Origin: Salisapilia sapeloensis CBS 127946
Taxonomy: Eukaryota; Protista; Oomycota
Reading direction: 5' to 3'
NCBI GenBank assembly: GCA_023334545.1
Contig: JAADVB010000131.1
Coordinates: 1 to 50,971 of the forward strand
DNA: 50,971 nt
Part shown: positions 41,955 through 50,971 of the stretch, one piece after another
How the letters are laid out: every line of letters begins with the position of its first letter
Numbering within the stretch: the first letter of the stretch is position 1
Made by a program: the position numbers and the translations under genes
The notes under the pieces: generated by a model
The model's input: only the letters and a program-made list of their open reading frames with translations
Databases searched by the model: none
What the model was told of the DNA's origin: nothing

Positions 41955-43166
41955 ATGCCGAACAAGAAGAGCTCGAGCGCGTCGGCCGCCAAGCCCAAGA
42001 AGAACAGGAAGGGGAAAGGAAAGGACAAGCCAAAGGAGGACGAGCACGACTTCTCCATCAAGTCGCTCCTTCCTTTCCACAAGAACCACGACGAGGAATT
42101 CACGCTCGCGAATGCCAAGCAGCCGGGAGACTTGAGATACGCCGAGAGCCTGTTCTACTCCAACTTGGACCAGTTCGAAGGCTACAGGAACTACTTTAAG
42201 AACTACGACACGGAGATTGCACGAGAGATCCAGACCAAGGCCAATGGCAAGAACAAGGCCAAGTTCCGAGACTACATCACCAAGACCTTTGGGCCGCTGG
42301 AGCACCCGACCAAGTGTCGGAAGCAGGACCTCGTGGACATTTGCATCACCTCTGCTTGTGTCTCGAAGTACGGCCTCGAGTTCCTCGAGAAAAAGTACAA
42401 GCGAGGGAAGCTGGACAAGCTGTCGAATCCGGCGCTCACGACCGAAAACTTGAGGAAGCCTGGCGAGCAGAACAAGTGCAGGGACAAGTCCAACGCAGCC
42501 AATAAAAAACAGATGCAGGCAGCTCACTACCTCGGTCTGGAGGTCATGCAGAAACTCAACGACACGCTAGACCCCGAGCACAGGGTCGGTCTGGAGCCTC
42601 TCCGGACGATTTTGAACACCCCAAGCAACTTGCGGCTCGTCCAGGCGCGAACGAACTTGGTCTTTCACAAGGAAGTCGACTCGATGCTCGTGGAGGCGGG
42701 TGTGAATGGAGAGAAGCCAGAGGTGAACAGCAAGCAGTACGATCGTCTGGTGCAGGTGGCCAAGAGGGCCCAGGCGCAGACCTTCCAGGACGCCATGATC
42801 GACGCGAATGGGCACTACCTCTATGCGAAACTCAGGGACACGTTCAAGCAGTTTGATGTGGGGACGCGAGAGCCTGTGTGGAAGACCAAGCAGGACTGCA
42901 AAGAGCTAAAGTATCCGCGCTTGTACCACGGTCGCATCCGGAAGAAGAAGAAGAAGGACGAGGAGGAGGAGGAGGAAGAGAAGGGCAAGGGCGGGCCGAA
43001 GGTGAAGCTTGGAAAGAGCAAGAGCAAGGGTCGGAACGTCCCGACGAGATCTCATTTGGGCAACCAGAATGGCGACAAGGACAAGAAGAAGAAGAAAGGC
43101 AAGAAGGGCGAGACCAACGGCAGTGCTCCTGCGGAGAAGAAACACCATAAATGCATTCTAATGTAG
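41955..43166 (+). CDS. Uncharacterised Lys-rich protein with HNH-like motif and polybasic CaaX tail
   Basis: ATG 41955 (MPNKK) with strongly coding-like GC3 usage. AAHYLGLEV...SNLRLVQARTNLVFH; ends KDKKKKKGKK...KKHHKCILM*. Confidence 0.65.
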   Translation: MPNKKSSSASAAKPKKNRKGKGKDKPKEDEHDFSIKSLLPFHKNHDEEFTLANAKQPGDLRYAESLFYSNLDQFEGYRNYFKNYDTEIAREIQTKANGKNKAKFRDYITKTFGPLEHPTKCRKQDLVDICITSACVSKYGLEFLEKKYKRGKLDKLSNPALTTENLRKPGEQNKCRDKSNAANKKQMQAAHYLGLEVMQKLNDTLDPEHRVGLEPLRTILNTPSNLRLVQARTNLVFHKEVDSMLVEAGVNGEKPEVNSKQYDRLVQVAKRAQAQTFQDAMIDANGHYLYAKLRDTFKQFDVGTREPVWKTKQDCKELKYPRLYHGRIRKKKKKDEEEEEEEKGKGGPKVKLGKSKSKGRNVPTRSHLGNQNGDKDKKKKKGKKGETNGSAPAEKKHHKCILM

Positions 43167-43988
43167 ATCTGTTTTATTCATACGAGGCTGTTTGTTTGTG
43201 CGATTGCGACGGAGACGTGGCTTGCTGGAAGGTAGGAAGCTACAGATCTGGTCCTCCGAGTGCGTCTGTTCGTACTGGTTGATGCAAACGCTTGTGAGTC
43301 AGCAGTTGGAAACATAGCGACAAGACGGCAAAAGGTCCACAGCGAACAACTTGTCTACTTCCAAAAGACTTTAGAGAGCAGAGTCGATGTCTCAGCGGGA
43401 ATTGCGTGTTCAAGAGTGGGAGTCGTCGTCAGGTCAATTGCGCGAATAGCTACCTGCCTTTCAACTGCCAATGCCTTTGGCGCTGGAGCGGATAAACTGG
43501 TGTGGTCAGTGTTGGCAGCGAGAAATAACCTTTCGACCAAATGACTAGTAGACGTACGTATGCTTCAATCCAATGTGTCCATCTTCCGAAGCCCATGGAT
43601 AACGCTGCAAGTAGAAAAAGGACGAAAATAAACATGCACATTCGTATGCCTTATTGACAAGCTACACCCTAGCATCTCAAATGCAAAATTTTCACTTCGC
43701 CCTTCGTCTATCTTCTAACAAAGCACGGCATGACTGGTTCCACGAAGAGCGTCCGGACAGAGCACCTCGTTCGAATTGACTTGGACCACGCAAGCGAGCT
43801 CTGGGTGCCATGCAGTGATAGTCGCGGCATGGACCAAAAGCCTACGCTGTGGACGAAACTCATGGCCAAAGTGGTCGCATTACGACTCTTTATGGCTTCT
43901 GTGTACGATGCAACGGACAAGAGCTAGGATGCGGTAGGAGAGGAATTGTAAAGTAAAATGAATGCAACTTTAAAAATGATGCTCAATT

Positions 43989-44589
43989 TCATTTACGACT
44001 TTGTTTGGTTACTCTGTCCATGAATTGGTCAAAGGCACTCTTCAGCACTGTTGGCGCGTCTGCATTTGTCTGGATGACGTTTGTGCCTGGTGGAAACTTG
44101 ATTTTCTTCCCAACGTCTCCGTCCTCGACCGGATCTCGCTGGTGCTGAAACACCAGGCAGTGCTGGATATTCGGAGACTGGACGAACCACTCGACCCATA
44201 GCGTGATTTCGCTCTCGTGGCTGTGAGACGATGGGTCGTACACGACGACGACAGCATTCACGTCCTTCAAGATGGCTGGCCAACACGTTTCATACCTATA
44301 CAAGAGTAAGTTGGGCTCAAGTCTCGTACTAGATTAGGCAAACGCACATTTGGTCTCCAGAGACATCCCACAGCTCAATACTGCGGTTTGCCTTGTCCAT
44401 TTCTAGGATCCGGACACCGACAGTTGGGACATACTGTTCGGATAACTGGAGTCGATCAGTGTGTTCGCTCAGGAAATTCGCAATCTATCCGCAAGTGAGT
44501 AAACCAAGCGGACTGATGCATAACAGAATAGCTACCGTGGTCTTTCCGCTTTCCTTCGGTCCGGCAACAAGTACTTTGATCGGCGCCAT
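43989..44589 (-). CDS. IFT22: Intraflagellar transport protein 22 / Rab-like 5 small GTPase; 3 exons
   Basis: Introns 44485-44535 and 44296-44347 give MAPIKVLVAGPKESGKTTIANFLSEH...YVPTVGVRILE...IELWDVSGDQMYETCWPAI...VVVVYDP. No CaaX tail. Confidence 0.88.
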
Positions 44590-44674
44590 CTCGTCGCTGG
44601 CTTAAACGGCGTTTGAGGATCCGTTTTTCATAGTCAGAAAGCGTATGAAAGAGGAATAAAAAAGACAAGAAAGC

Positions 44675-45361
44675 ATGAGCTCAGGCGAGAAAAAATCGAC
44701 CGGCAGTGCGTCTCCTTCACCCGAGTCTGCGCTCCACGAAGAGCTCGAGGATGAAGAGACGAAGGAGTTTATGCCAGACCCGGAGCCTGTGAGCCACACG
44801 GAGGCTGCCGCAACAGAGACATCCGAGGCGCAGGTGAGCAACTCGCCCTACCTGACGCCATTCACGCCGTTTCAGACGCCGTCCGCAGCCAAAACGCCGA
44901 CGAACGCTCCTTCAGCCGGTCCGAGGAAGCAAGCGAAGAAGACGCCTACCTCTTCTCCTTCTGCTGCGGCGGAGGTGGTGAAGGAAGAGGAGCTGGGACA
45001 AGACCTGCCGACGGATTTGGTCGAGCACCTCGTGGCGAACATTGAAAACCTGGACGCGTTGATATATAATGTGGAGAACTTTAGTGCCGACCAGCTGACG
45101 AGCGTCCAGAAGCAGGTGAACGAGTACGTTCGACTGCTGCAGCAGATTGATAGTAGTGCCGCGAATTACCACGCGTCGATTCCGGTCGAGGTCCTGGAAA
45201 TGCTGGACGGTGAGACGGATACGAATCCAGAGCTGTTCACCAAGTCGCAGCTCGAGCGCTGTGAGGAGGAGAGCTCATCTGCTCGCGTCAAGATCGATTC
45301 GCTAGGCCTGCTTAAGAGCACGCTGGACGGAGGGTTGCAAGATTTAAGTCAAAATCAGTAA
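44675..45361 (+). CDS. MED10: Mediator subunit 10 (Med10/Nut2) with N-terminal extension
   Basis: IPVEVLEMLDGETDTNPELFTKSQLERC...KIDSL matches the Med10 IPxEVlxyiDxGxNP motif. Confidence 0.75.
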   Translation: MSSGEKKSTGSASPSPESALHEELEDEETKEFMPDPEPVSHTEAAATETSEAQVSNSPYLTPFTPFQTPSAAKTPTNAPSAGPRKQAKKTPTSSPSAAAEVVKEEELGQDLPTDLVEHLVANIENLDALIYNVENFSADQLTSVQKQVNEYVRLLQQIDSSAANYHASIPVEVLEMLDGETDTNPELFTKSQLERCEEESSSARVKIDSLGLLKSTLDGGLQDLSQNQ

Positions 45362-45473
45362 TTTGAATCCTCTATTTACTTTCCGGAAAAACGATCCTGC
45401 AACCTCTTTCCTCACTCACCCCACTAAACGGATGACATGGTAATATCAAAAAAGCAAAAAGACATCTACAACA

Positions 45474-46904
45474 TCAGGCGGCCGTGACCTCGGCGTTCAT
45501 CGGCTGGGCCTTGGTCTCCGCCTCCTTATCCAGCCCCTGGCCGCTCGCGCCCTCCGAGCTCTGGACACCGTTCTCGTTCGAACCGGACGCCTGCGGCATG
45601 ATCTCTAGTTTTAATCGGTTCTGCAGACCAGGGGACGCCTGATTGTACTGGTTCATCTGACGCATGTACCCGTTCTGGTCGTAGTTATTCTCCATGATCG
45701 GCGTCGGCAGTTGGTACCCGCCGTTGCCGTACGCGATCGGAGACACACCGCCGTTGCCGAGCGTGGATGGCGTGTGGCCCGTGCCAGGGTATTTGTAGCC
45801 ATTGTTCGAGTTCAGGAACGCTTCCAAGTCTTCTGACACGTCTCCTCCGGCGCCTTGCTGGTACGAGAACAGATTCGGCGTCGACACGAGCGAGTTGCCC
45901 GTTGGCGTGACACCCAGTGCCAAATAGTTGCTGTTCCCTTTCGATGTGCTTCGGGAGAAACTGGGCGGACCGTTGGCCAAGATGGAGTTCATGAAGCTCG
46001 TGGGTGTCTGGGCTGTCGAGGTGTTGACGCCGCTCTGGTTGGTCATGGCCAGCACCGACGGCAGTTGAGAGTTATCAATCTGTGGACTGGGGAGACCCAT
46101 GAGCAGGCTAAAGTCATGCGAACGAGGCGTTGGGAAGCCGTTCGTGCCCAACGGAGTCCGGATGCTGACCTTCTGAGGCATCTGCGGGGCGTTCTGGGTG
46201 GGCACGTTGATTTTCAACGGCAGTCCAAACGGTCCACCCGGATTGCCGTTCTGGCTGTTTGGTGCAGAAGAAGACGGAGGCTGGTTCTGCTGCAGCAGCT
46301 GTGCGTGGTGGAACTGCTCCTGCTTCCACATTTGTTGTTTTTGCAACTCCTCCCGCTTCTTGGAGCTCAGGCGGCCTCCCTTGCTAATGTTCAGCTCCGG
46401 CACTGCTTCTCCGTGCGCACGGAGCTCCATGGCATGACGGAAGCAAATGTTTCCAGAGTGCTGGGCCGTCTTCCCGCAGCCCTCGACGCGGCATTCGTGG
46501 CCGTGCGAGTGGCGGTTGCAGAGCCCTCCTGCACGCGCATGTTGCACGCAGTTCTCTACTTTGCACCTTCGGCCGCCTCCATGGCGCACGCACTTTTGTC
46601 TGGCGTGGGCCTGCTTGGAGCAGCCTTCGACGATGCAAAAGCGCTTGACGACAAAGCCGCCGTGTTGCAGACAGAATCCTCCTCCACGAGCGTGCGCCTC
46701 GCAATTGTCAGCCTGACACTGCTTTTTTCCGCCATGGCGCACGCATAGCTTTCGGGCATAGACTTGGTTGGTGCAGTTGGGGACGCAGCACTGCCTCCGG
46801 TTTTTATGGAAGGCGCATTTGGTGGTTCCGTCGACGGCCATGTTGTCGCAGTCGTTGAACCTGCATTTCTTGGCGTCTTTCGCGACGTCGGCGTCCGTGG
46901 TCAT
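45474..46904 (-). CDS. WRKY19-like C-x4-C...C-x2-H zinc-finger repeat protein (putative transcription factor)
   Basis: Six tandem repeats such as CIVEGCSKQAHARQKCVRHGG, followed by a Q/P/S/N-rich low-complexity C-terminus. No true WRKYGQK motif. Confidence 0.8.
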   Translation of the reverse strand: MTTDADVAKDAKKCRFNDCDNMAVDGTTKCAFHKNRRQCCVPNCTNQVYARKLCVRHGGKKQCQADNCEAHARGGGFCLQHGGFVVKRFCIVEGCSKQAHARQKCVRHGGGRRCKVENCVQHARAGGLCNRHSHGHECRVEGCGKTAQHSGNICFRHAMELRAHGEAVPELNISKGGRLSSKKREELQKQQMWKQEQFHHAQLLQQNQPPSSSAPNSQNGNPGGPFGLPLKINVPTQNAPQMPQKVSIRTPLGTNGFPTPRSHDFSLLMGLPSPQIDNSQLPSVLAMTNQSGVNTSTAQTPTSFMNSILANGPPSFSRSTSKGNSNYLALGVTPTGNSLVSTPNLFSYQQGAGGDVSEDLEAFLNSNNGYKYPGTGHTPSTLGNGGVSPIAYGNGGYQLPTPIMENNYDQNGYMRQMNQYNQASPGLQNRLKLEIMPQASGSNENGVQSSEGASGQGLDKEAETKAQPMNAEVTAA

Positions 46905-48058
46905 CCTTGTTACTCGAACTAGGTTGGGGAGACGCGATGGGGATAAGATCGGTCGTCCGTCGAGGGGCTTGGGCGCAGCTTACAAAATGACGAATGAACG
47001 AACGAAAGGAAGTGGCATTCCGTGCATTCGGACTTTAGTGAAAAGACTCGGACTTTGGACATTTACTTACGATTCGTATGCTGACAGCCCTCGTCCCATC
47101 GTCGGTGAGGAAGAAAAAGGTCTTGTCGTTAGTATGCTACCCACTTTTCGTTCAATCGTACTGGCGTCAGCAAACAGGAGGTGGAATATGCTTCAACGAA
47201 CTTTAGCTCCGTCCACACTCGGACGAATGGAGACTTGCAGAGGCAAGAAGAGTAGACTGTTGCCAACGAAATGCAAGAGCCTTTTTGCTCAGGTCGAATC
47301 GCAAAGTTATAGACGCAGACACCGGACCAGAGCGTGCTAGTAGTCTTTGTAAGCCGTGGGCAGATGGAGAAATTACTCTACATAGAATGCGTGATAAAGT
47401 CTGGGCTGTGACTACTGCTTTTCCTGCCATACTGGATGGTTTGCACATCCTTTTCTTCACTCCCGTCGCGGTACATGGAAGCTGGTAACATCGATGTAAG
47501 CAATGGAGGCTGGCCATCAAGCTAAGGCAGCACCAGACTCGCATCGTCCGGTTGCGCGAGTGTACCCATTGTTGCTGAGATCTTGCCAGCGTCCTGGAGC
47601 ACTCGGGCAAAGTTGAAGCGCACGACCGTGCGAAACTTTTATCGCCGCGCGACTCGTCTGCTTTCTGCATCAGAGAGAGAGCTTTTTATATTTGCGACAC
47701 CTATCGAGTTATGAAAGGCGCTTTGGCGCCTACGAGACATCTCCGTGGCGTGCTTGACACTAGGCCGTTCAATGCGCCCAAGCTACTGTCCCTCCAAGCC
47801 CGTTTGGGTAAATCGACCGACCCGAAAGCTCGAGTTTCTTGACGCTGATCCGGCCAATGAGAAGGTAGCCACTTGAAGGTGTAGGTCATGAAAAAACCTC
47901 GCCTCGTGCGCATCTGCCATAGCTTTTCCACCGCAGTTCGTAAAAAACCTCACTGACTCGCGCCAAGCACGAGGAAAACGCATATCACCCGAAGCGGAGA
48001 AAACGTGGGTAGAACGGACTCTGTATCGACTGTAAAACTTGCTAACACGTCACTATGT

Positions 48059-48074
48059 CCACTTTGCAGATTGC
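48059..48074 (+). promoter_or_regulatory. Putative oomycete Inr+FPR core promoter of the CCT gene
   Basis: CCACTTTGCAGATTGC resembles the oomycete TCATTYYNCAWTTT core element, about 65 nt upstream of the ATG at 48138. Confidence 0.35.
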
Positions 48075-48137
48075 ACCGGCCGCATCCGCCACCACTGTAT
48101 TTTTTAAATTAGCATAGAACGTTAGGAACTTTCTGGG

Positions 48138-49304
48138 ATGACGAGCCCAACACGAAAGAGCTCGCTGCCGCCCACGGCGCCGGTGACCATCAAGAAGGAA
48201 CGCGAGGATGCTGCTGGGAGCTCCTCCATCTACGGTCGGCGAGACAGCTTCGGGCTAGGCTCCAGCGACGACTTTATGAACATGATCACTCACACGCCTC
48301 CGGCGTTTTCGCCTGGCAGTCTGAACGTCCCACTCCCAAAGCGAAATCGCAGTGGCAGCGTCTCGAGCCGACTGCTCAGTGCCGCCGACTTGGAGGAGCG
48401 TGGGATCATCGACAAGCAGCAGAAAGGCGTGTTGAAAGTAGGTGGCTTCCATCTTCCAATCCCAACGGATAGACTAAAATTGGTTTTATACTAGGATTTG
48501 ATTATTAGCGGAGGAGATGAGGCTCTGCAGAAGGCCCTCGAAAAGTTCGATGCAGGAGACGCCTCGTCCCTCGAAGCCATGCTCGACCAGAGTCAGTTGA
48601 ATACAGGGCAGCGAAAGTCGTCGCTGGAAGTCTTGGACGACTTGGACTTTGGCTTCTTGAATGTTGGCAGTCTCGGAGGAACGCCAAAGGAAGGCAACTT
48701 GTCTGCCTCGAGCATGGGCACCGGAGGCGAGGCCAACACGAGTCTGAACACGAACGCGCCTCCGAGTTCCGCCATGGACGAATGGGACGACTTGAATTTT
48801 GAGGCTGCGTTCGCAGACGTGTCGACGAGAGACATCCTCGAAGGAGAGTTCTTCTCCCAGTCGCTCGGTACCTCTCTCCCGAATTCACTGCCCACCGTCG
48901 GACTGGGCATCACGCCTCCGACGAACTTTTCTTTCGGTGATGAGCTACTGGACAACTCTGCCTTCAAGAGCGAAGAGCAGGAGGACAATACAATGCAGGA
49001 AAAGAAGAAAGAGGATGAGAAGAACAACTCGATCTCGAGACCGATCGGCATTCCGTCGTCCGAGCACGAGCACAAGATATCGACCCAAGGCCCGACGCAC
49101 CAGAAGAATGTCGGTGCGTATTCGCCCGAGTCGAGGCGGAAGCGTATCGAAAAGTTCTTGGAGAAGCGACAGAAGCGCGTGTGGCGAAAGGAGGTCAAGT
49201 ACGACGTCCGGAAAAACTTTGCCGACTCTCGGTTACGAGTGAAGGGGCGATTCGTGAAGAAGGAAGACGAGCAGTTGCTGCGAGAGCTACTGAGCTTGAC
49301 CTAG
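48138..49304 (+). CDS. CCT-motif (CONSTANS/TOC1-like) protein; 2 exons
   Basis: Intron 48438-48494 joins the two ORFs in frame. C-terminal RRKRIEKFLEKRQKRVWRKEVKYDVRKNFADSRLRVKGRFVKK. Confidence 0.88.
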
Positions 49305-49385
49305 GGCGATGGAGAGAGTTTCATTTTGAAAGGGAATTGCTGTGGTTTTATTTTAAGTTGTGGAATAAAAGACAGCCGTTGATTT

Positions 49386-50642
49386 TTACATGTGAATGCC
49401 TGCCTCAGACAGCGCGTCGATCGTCCACGACGGGTAGTCTCCACTCGGAAACTGCCGCTGCATGAATGAACGGACAAAAGACTCGAATTTGTCATCCAGA
49501 ATGCTTTGCCTCAGTCTCGACATGAGCTGGAGGACGTACGTGACGTTGTGGATCGTCAAGAGCTGGGCTCCGATGCCGTCCGGACCTTGCTTTAGGTTCG
49601 TGTGGACGTACGCGCGCGAGTAGTTTCTACAAACTAGACACTGACAACCCTCTTCAATCGGAGACAAGTCTGACTGCATGTTGGCGCTCTTCAGTTTGAG
49701 CATGCCGGAGGACACCAGCGCAGTCCCGAAGCGAGCTGTCCGCGTAGGAAACACACAGTCGAACATGTCTACTCCGAGAGCGGAACAAATGACCAGGTCC
49801 AGAGGATACCCAACGCCCATGAGATACCTCGGTTTGTCCTTTGGCAGTCGTTGCGTGCACTTCGCCACCACCCTCCAGAACGCATCTTTCGATTCTCCAC
49901 CAGCCAATCCCCCGATAGCAAAGCCAGGGATCTGGTCATTACGTTCCAAGAAAGCGTCCAGACACTGGTCTCGAAGCCCTCCGTCACTAACGTCCAGTCC
50001 TCCTTGAACAATGGCGAACAGATTCTGCTTTTCAGGTCGCTTGTGTGCTGACAGACACCTGTCCAGCCATCTCACCGTTCTGCCAGTTGCTTCAATAAAT
50101 CTCTCCTGGTCGGGCGAGACGCTGGAGACGACATCGTCCAAAGCCATGATGATATCTGCTCCAATCTCGTTCTGGTGAGTGATGCTCGCTTCCGGTGTCA
50201 AAAGCATCTCACTGCCGTCCACGAAGCTTTGAAATTTAACTCCTTCCTCTGTAATCTCTGCCAGTTTGGATAAACTCACCATCTGAAACCCACCAGAGTC
50301 AGTCAAAACGTTGTGCTTCCAGTTCATAAAGTCATGGATCTGGTCGTCGTAGCGGTCGAGGAGCTTCGTTCCGGGTCGCAAAGCCAAGTGGTACGTGTTG
50401 GCTAGCAAGAGTCGGCACGAAGTTTCTTCCATTTGGTCCGGGGTCAAGCCTTTAATGGTTGCCTGCGTGCCCACGGGCATAAAGACTGGCGTTAATACTG
50501 GCCCATGGGGAAGGTGAAGCGTCGACGCACGTGCGTACCGGTGGGAAGTCGCCTTCACATCGAACGATAGAGCAAACTTTGATGATCTGTCAGGACTGAC
50601 TTGGCGTATTTTCTTTACAGGAGGTTCTTGCAGTGAGCTCAT
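49386..50642 (-). CDS. QTRT1: Queuine tRNA-ribosyltransferase catalytic subunit
   Basis: TPVFMPVGT, ANTYHL, LTDSGGFQMVSL, IMALDD, AIGGLAGGE, RYLMGVG, DMFDCVFPTR and the zinc site CQCLVC...H. Likely ATG 50642; the ORF is open to 50723. Confidence 0.95.
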   Translation of the reverse strand: MSSLQEPPVKKIRQVSPDRSSKFALSFDVKATSHRYARASTLHLPHGPVLTPVFMPVGTQATIKGLTPDQMEETSCRLLLANTYHLALRPGTKLLDRYDDQIHDFMNWKHNVLTDSGGFQMVSLSKLAEITEEGVKFQSFVDGSEMLLTPEASITHQNEIGADIIMALDDVVSSVSPDQERFIEATGRTVRWLDRCLSAHKRPEKQNLFAIVQGGLDVSDGGLRDQCLDAFLERNDQIPGFAIGGLAGGESKDAFWRVVAKCTQRLPKDKPRYLMGVGYPLDLVICSALGVDMFDCVFPTRTARFGTALVSSGMLKLKSANMQSDLSPIEEGCQCLVCRNYSRAYVHTNLKQGPDGIGAQLLTIHNVTYVLQLMSRLRQSILDDKFESFVRSFMQRQFPSGDYPSWTIDALSEAGIHM

Positions 50643-50905
50643 TGCTCTCACTTGGTTGCAAATCGATTTGAAGCGATTAATCGTGCTCGGATTTGGCTTT
50701 GGACATTTCGTTGCGCCGATCATGTCCAGCGATTAAAGTAGCTCATGAATATAAATTCACCCTATATCCTTAACTGGTGCGTTAAAAATACTCCGACTAA
50801 ATTAATTCAGCCAATCATCTACACTTTTTTCTTCATTTTCCACCAACGAAATCTGACGACGAGTAAGCTAAGGCGTCAAGGGGCAGACGACATTACCAAG
50901 AGGTT

Positions 50906-50971
50906 ATGAGCTTGGTGGAGGACGTGGAGGCGCAGATCCAGCAGTTGAAGACGCAGCTGCGTGCCAAGCAG
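50906..50971 (+). CDS. 5' end of a gene truncated by the window edge (coiled-coil-like start)
   Basis: ATG AGC TTG GTG GAG... gives MSLVEDVEAQIQQLKTQLRAKQ, open to the end of the window and divergent from QTRT1. Confidence 0.45.
   Translation, partial: MSLVEDVEAQIQQLKTQLRAKQ

Noticed and set aside
41214-42527. 437-aa antisense ORF overlapping the M96 and CaaX genes
   Set aside because: Shadow ORF of GC3-rich sense genes; low-complexity L/V/G/R composition and no motif.
42941-42980. (AAG)n/(GAG)n triplet run
   Set aside because: Simply encodes the poly-Lys/poly-Glu tract of the CaaX protein.
43260-43927. Several 60-95-aa ORFs between the CaaX gene and IFT22
   Set aside because: Non-ATG starts or no recognisable motif, and no coherent exon chain found.
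45855-46748. 297-aa + strand ORF, plus similar long shadows at 37457-38341, 7103-7693, 15908-16483 and 48593-49198
   Set aside because: These are antisense or alternative-frame shadows of well-supported genes.
46768-47983. 190-aa and smaller ORFs between the WRKY19-like and CCT genes
   Set aside because: The first overlaps the WRKY19-like gene in antisense and none has protein-like motifs; most likely a divergent promoter/UTR region.
8898-50642. Possible functional link between the two tRNAs and QTRT1
   Set aside because: Queuine is inserted only into GUN-anticodon tRNAs (Asp, Asn, His, Tyr). Ser-CGA and Leu-AAG are not substrates, and they are 25-40 kb away.
1-50971. RxLR-dEER or CRN LxLFLAK effectors, CRISPR arrays, rRNA, intact transposons
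   Set aside because: None seen. The secreted or type II proteins lack RxLR after the signal sequence, there are no regularly spaced repeats, and the sequence is eukaryotic.

Overview
This is a gene-dense eukaryotic window, almost certainly from an oomycete (Pythium/Phytophthora-like). The evidence is short GT-AG introns (51-68 nt), oomycete-type gene families (M96-like bZIP/START-like proteins, START+FYVE-like protein, WRKY19-like C-x4-C..C-x2-H repeat protein, GT71 mannosyltransferases with a Cys-rich stem) and a flagellar IFT22 gene. It holds about 28 protein-coding genes and two type II tRNAs (Ser-CGA, Leu-AAG). Conserved genes: PTGR3/ZADH2-like reductase, DNAJC3/P58IPK (7 exons reconstructed), DIM1, XPO6-like exportin (4 exons), COX6B, IFT22, MED10, a CCT-domain protein and QTRT1. 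Lineage-expanded blocks: three GT71 paralogs interleaved with two M96-like genes and a degenerate macrodomain gene (11.5-23.2 kb), and a tandem M96-like pair (39.3-41.8 kb). The most unusual observation is that this pair is bracketed by two unrelated genes whose products both end in a CaaX prenylation motif. One is a RING-H2+CXC+Cys/His-finger protein (...ECCIM). The other is an unknown protein with an HNH/His-Me-finger-like motif and a K-Ras-like polybasic tail (...KKHHKCILM). I found no CRISPR array, rRNA or intact transposon. All family assignments come from motif recognition by eye, with no database searches. The species cannot be identified from the sequence alone.
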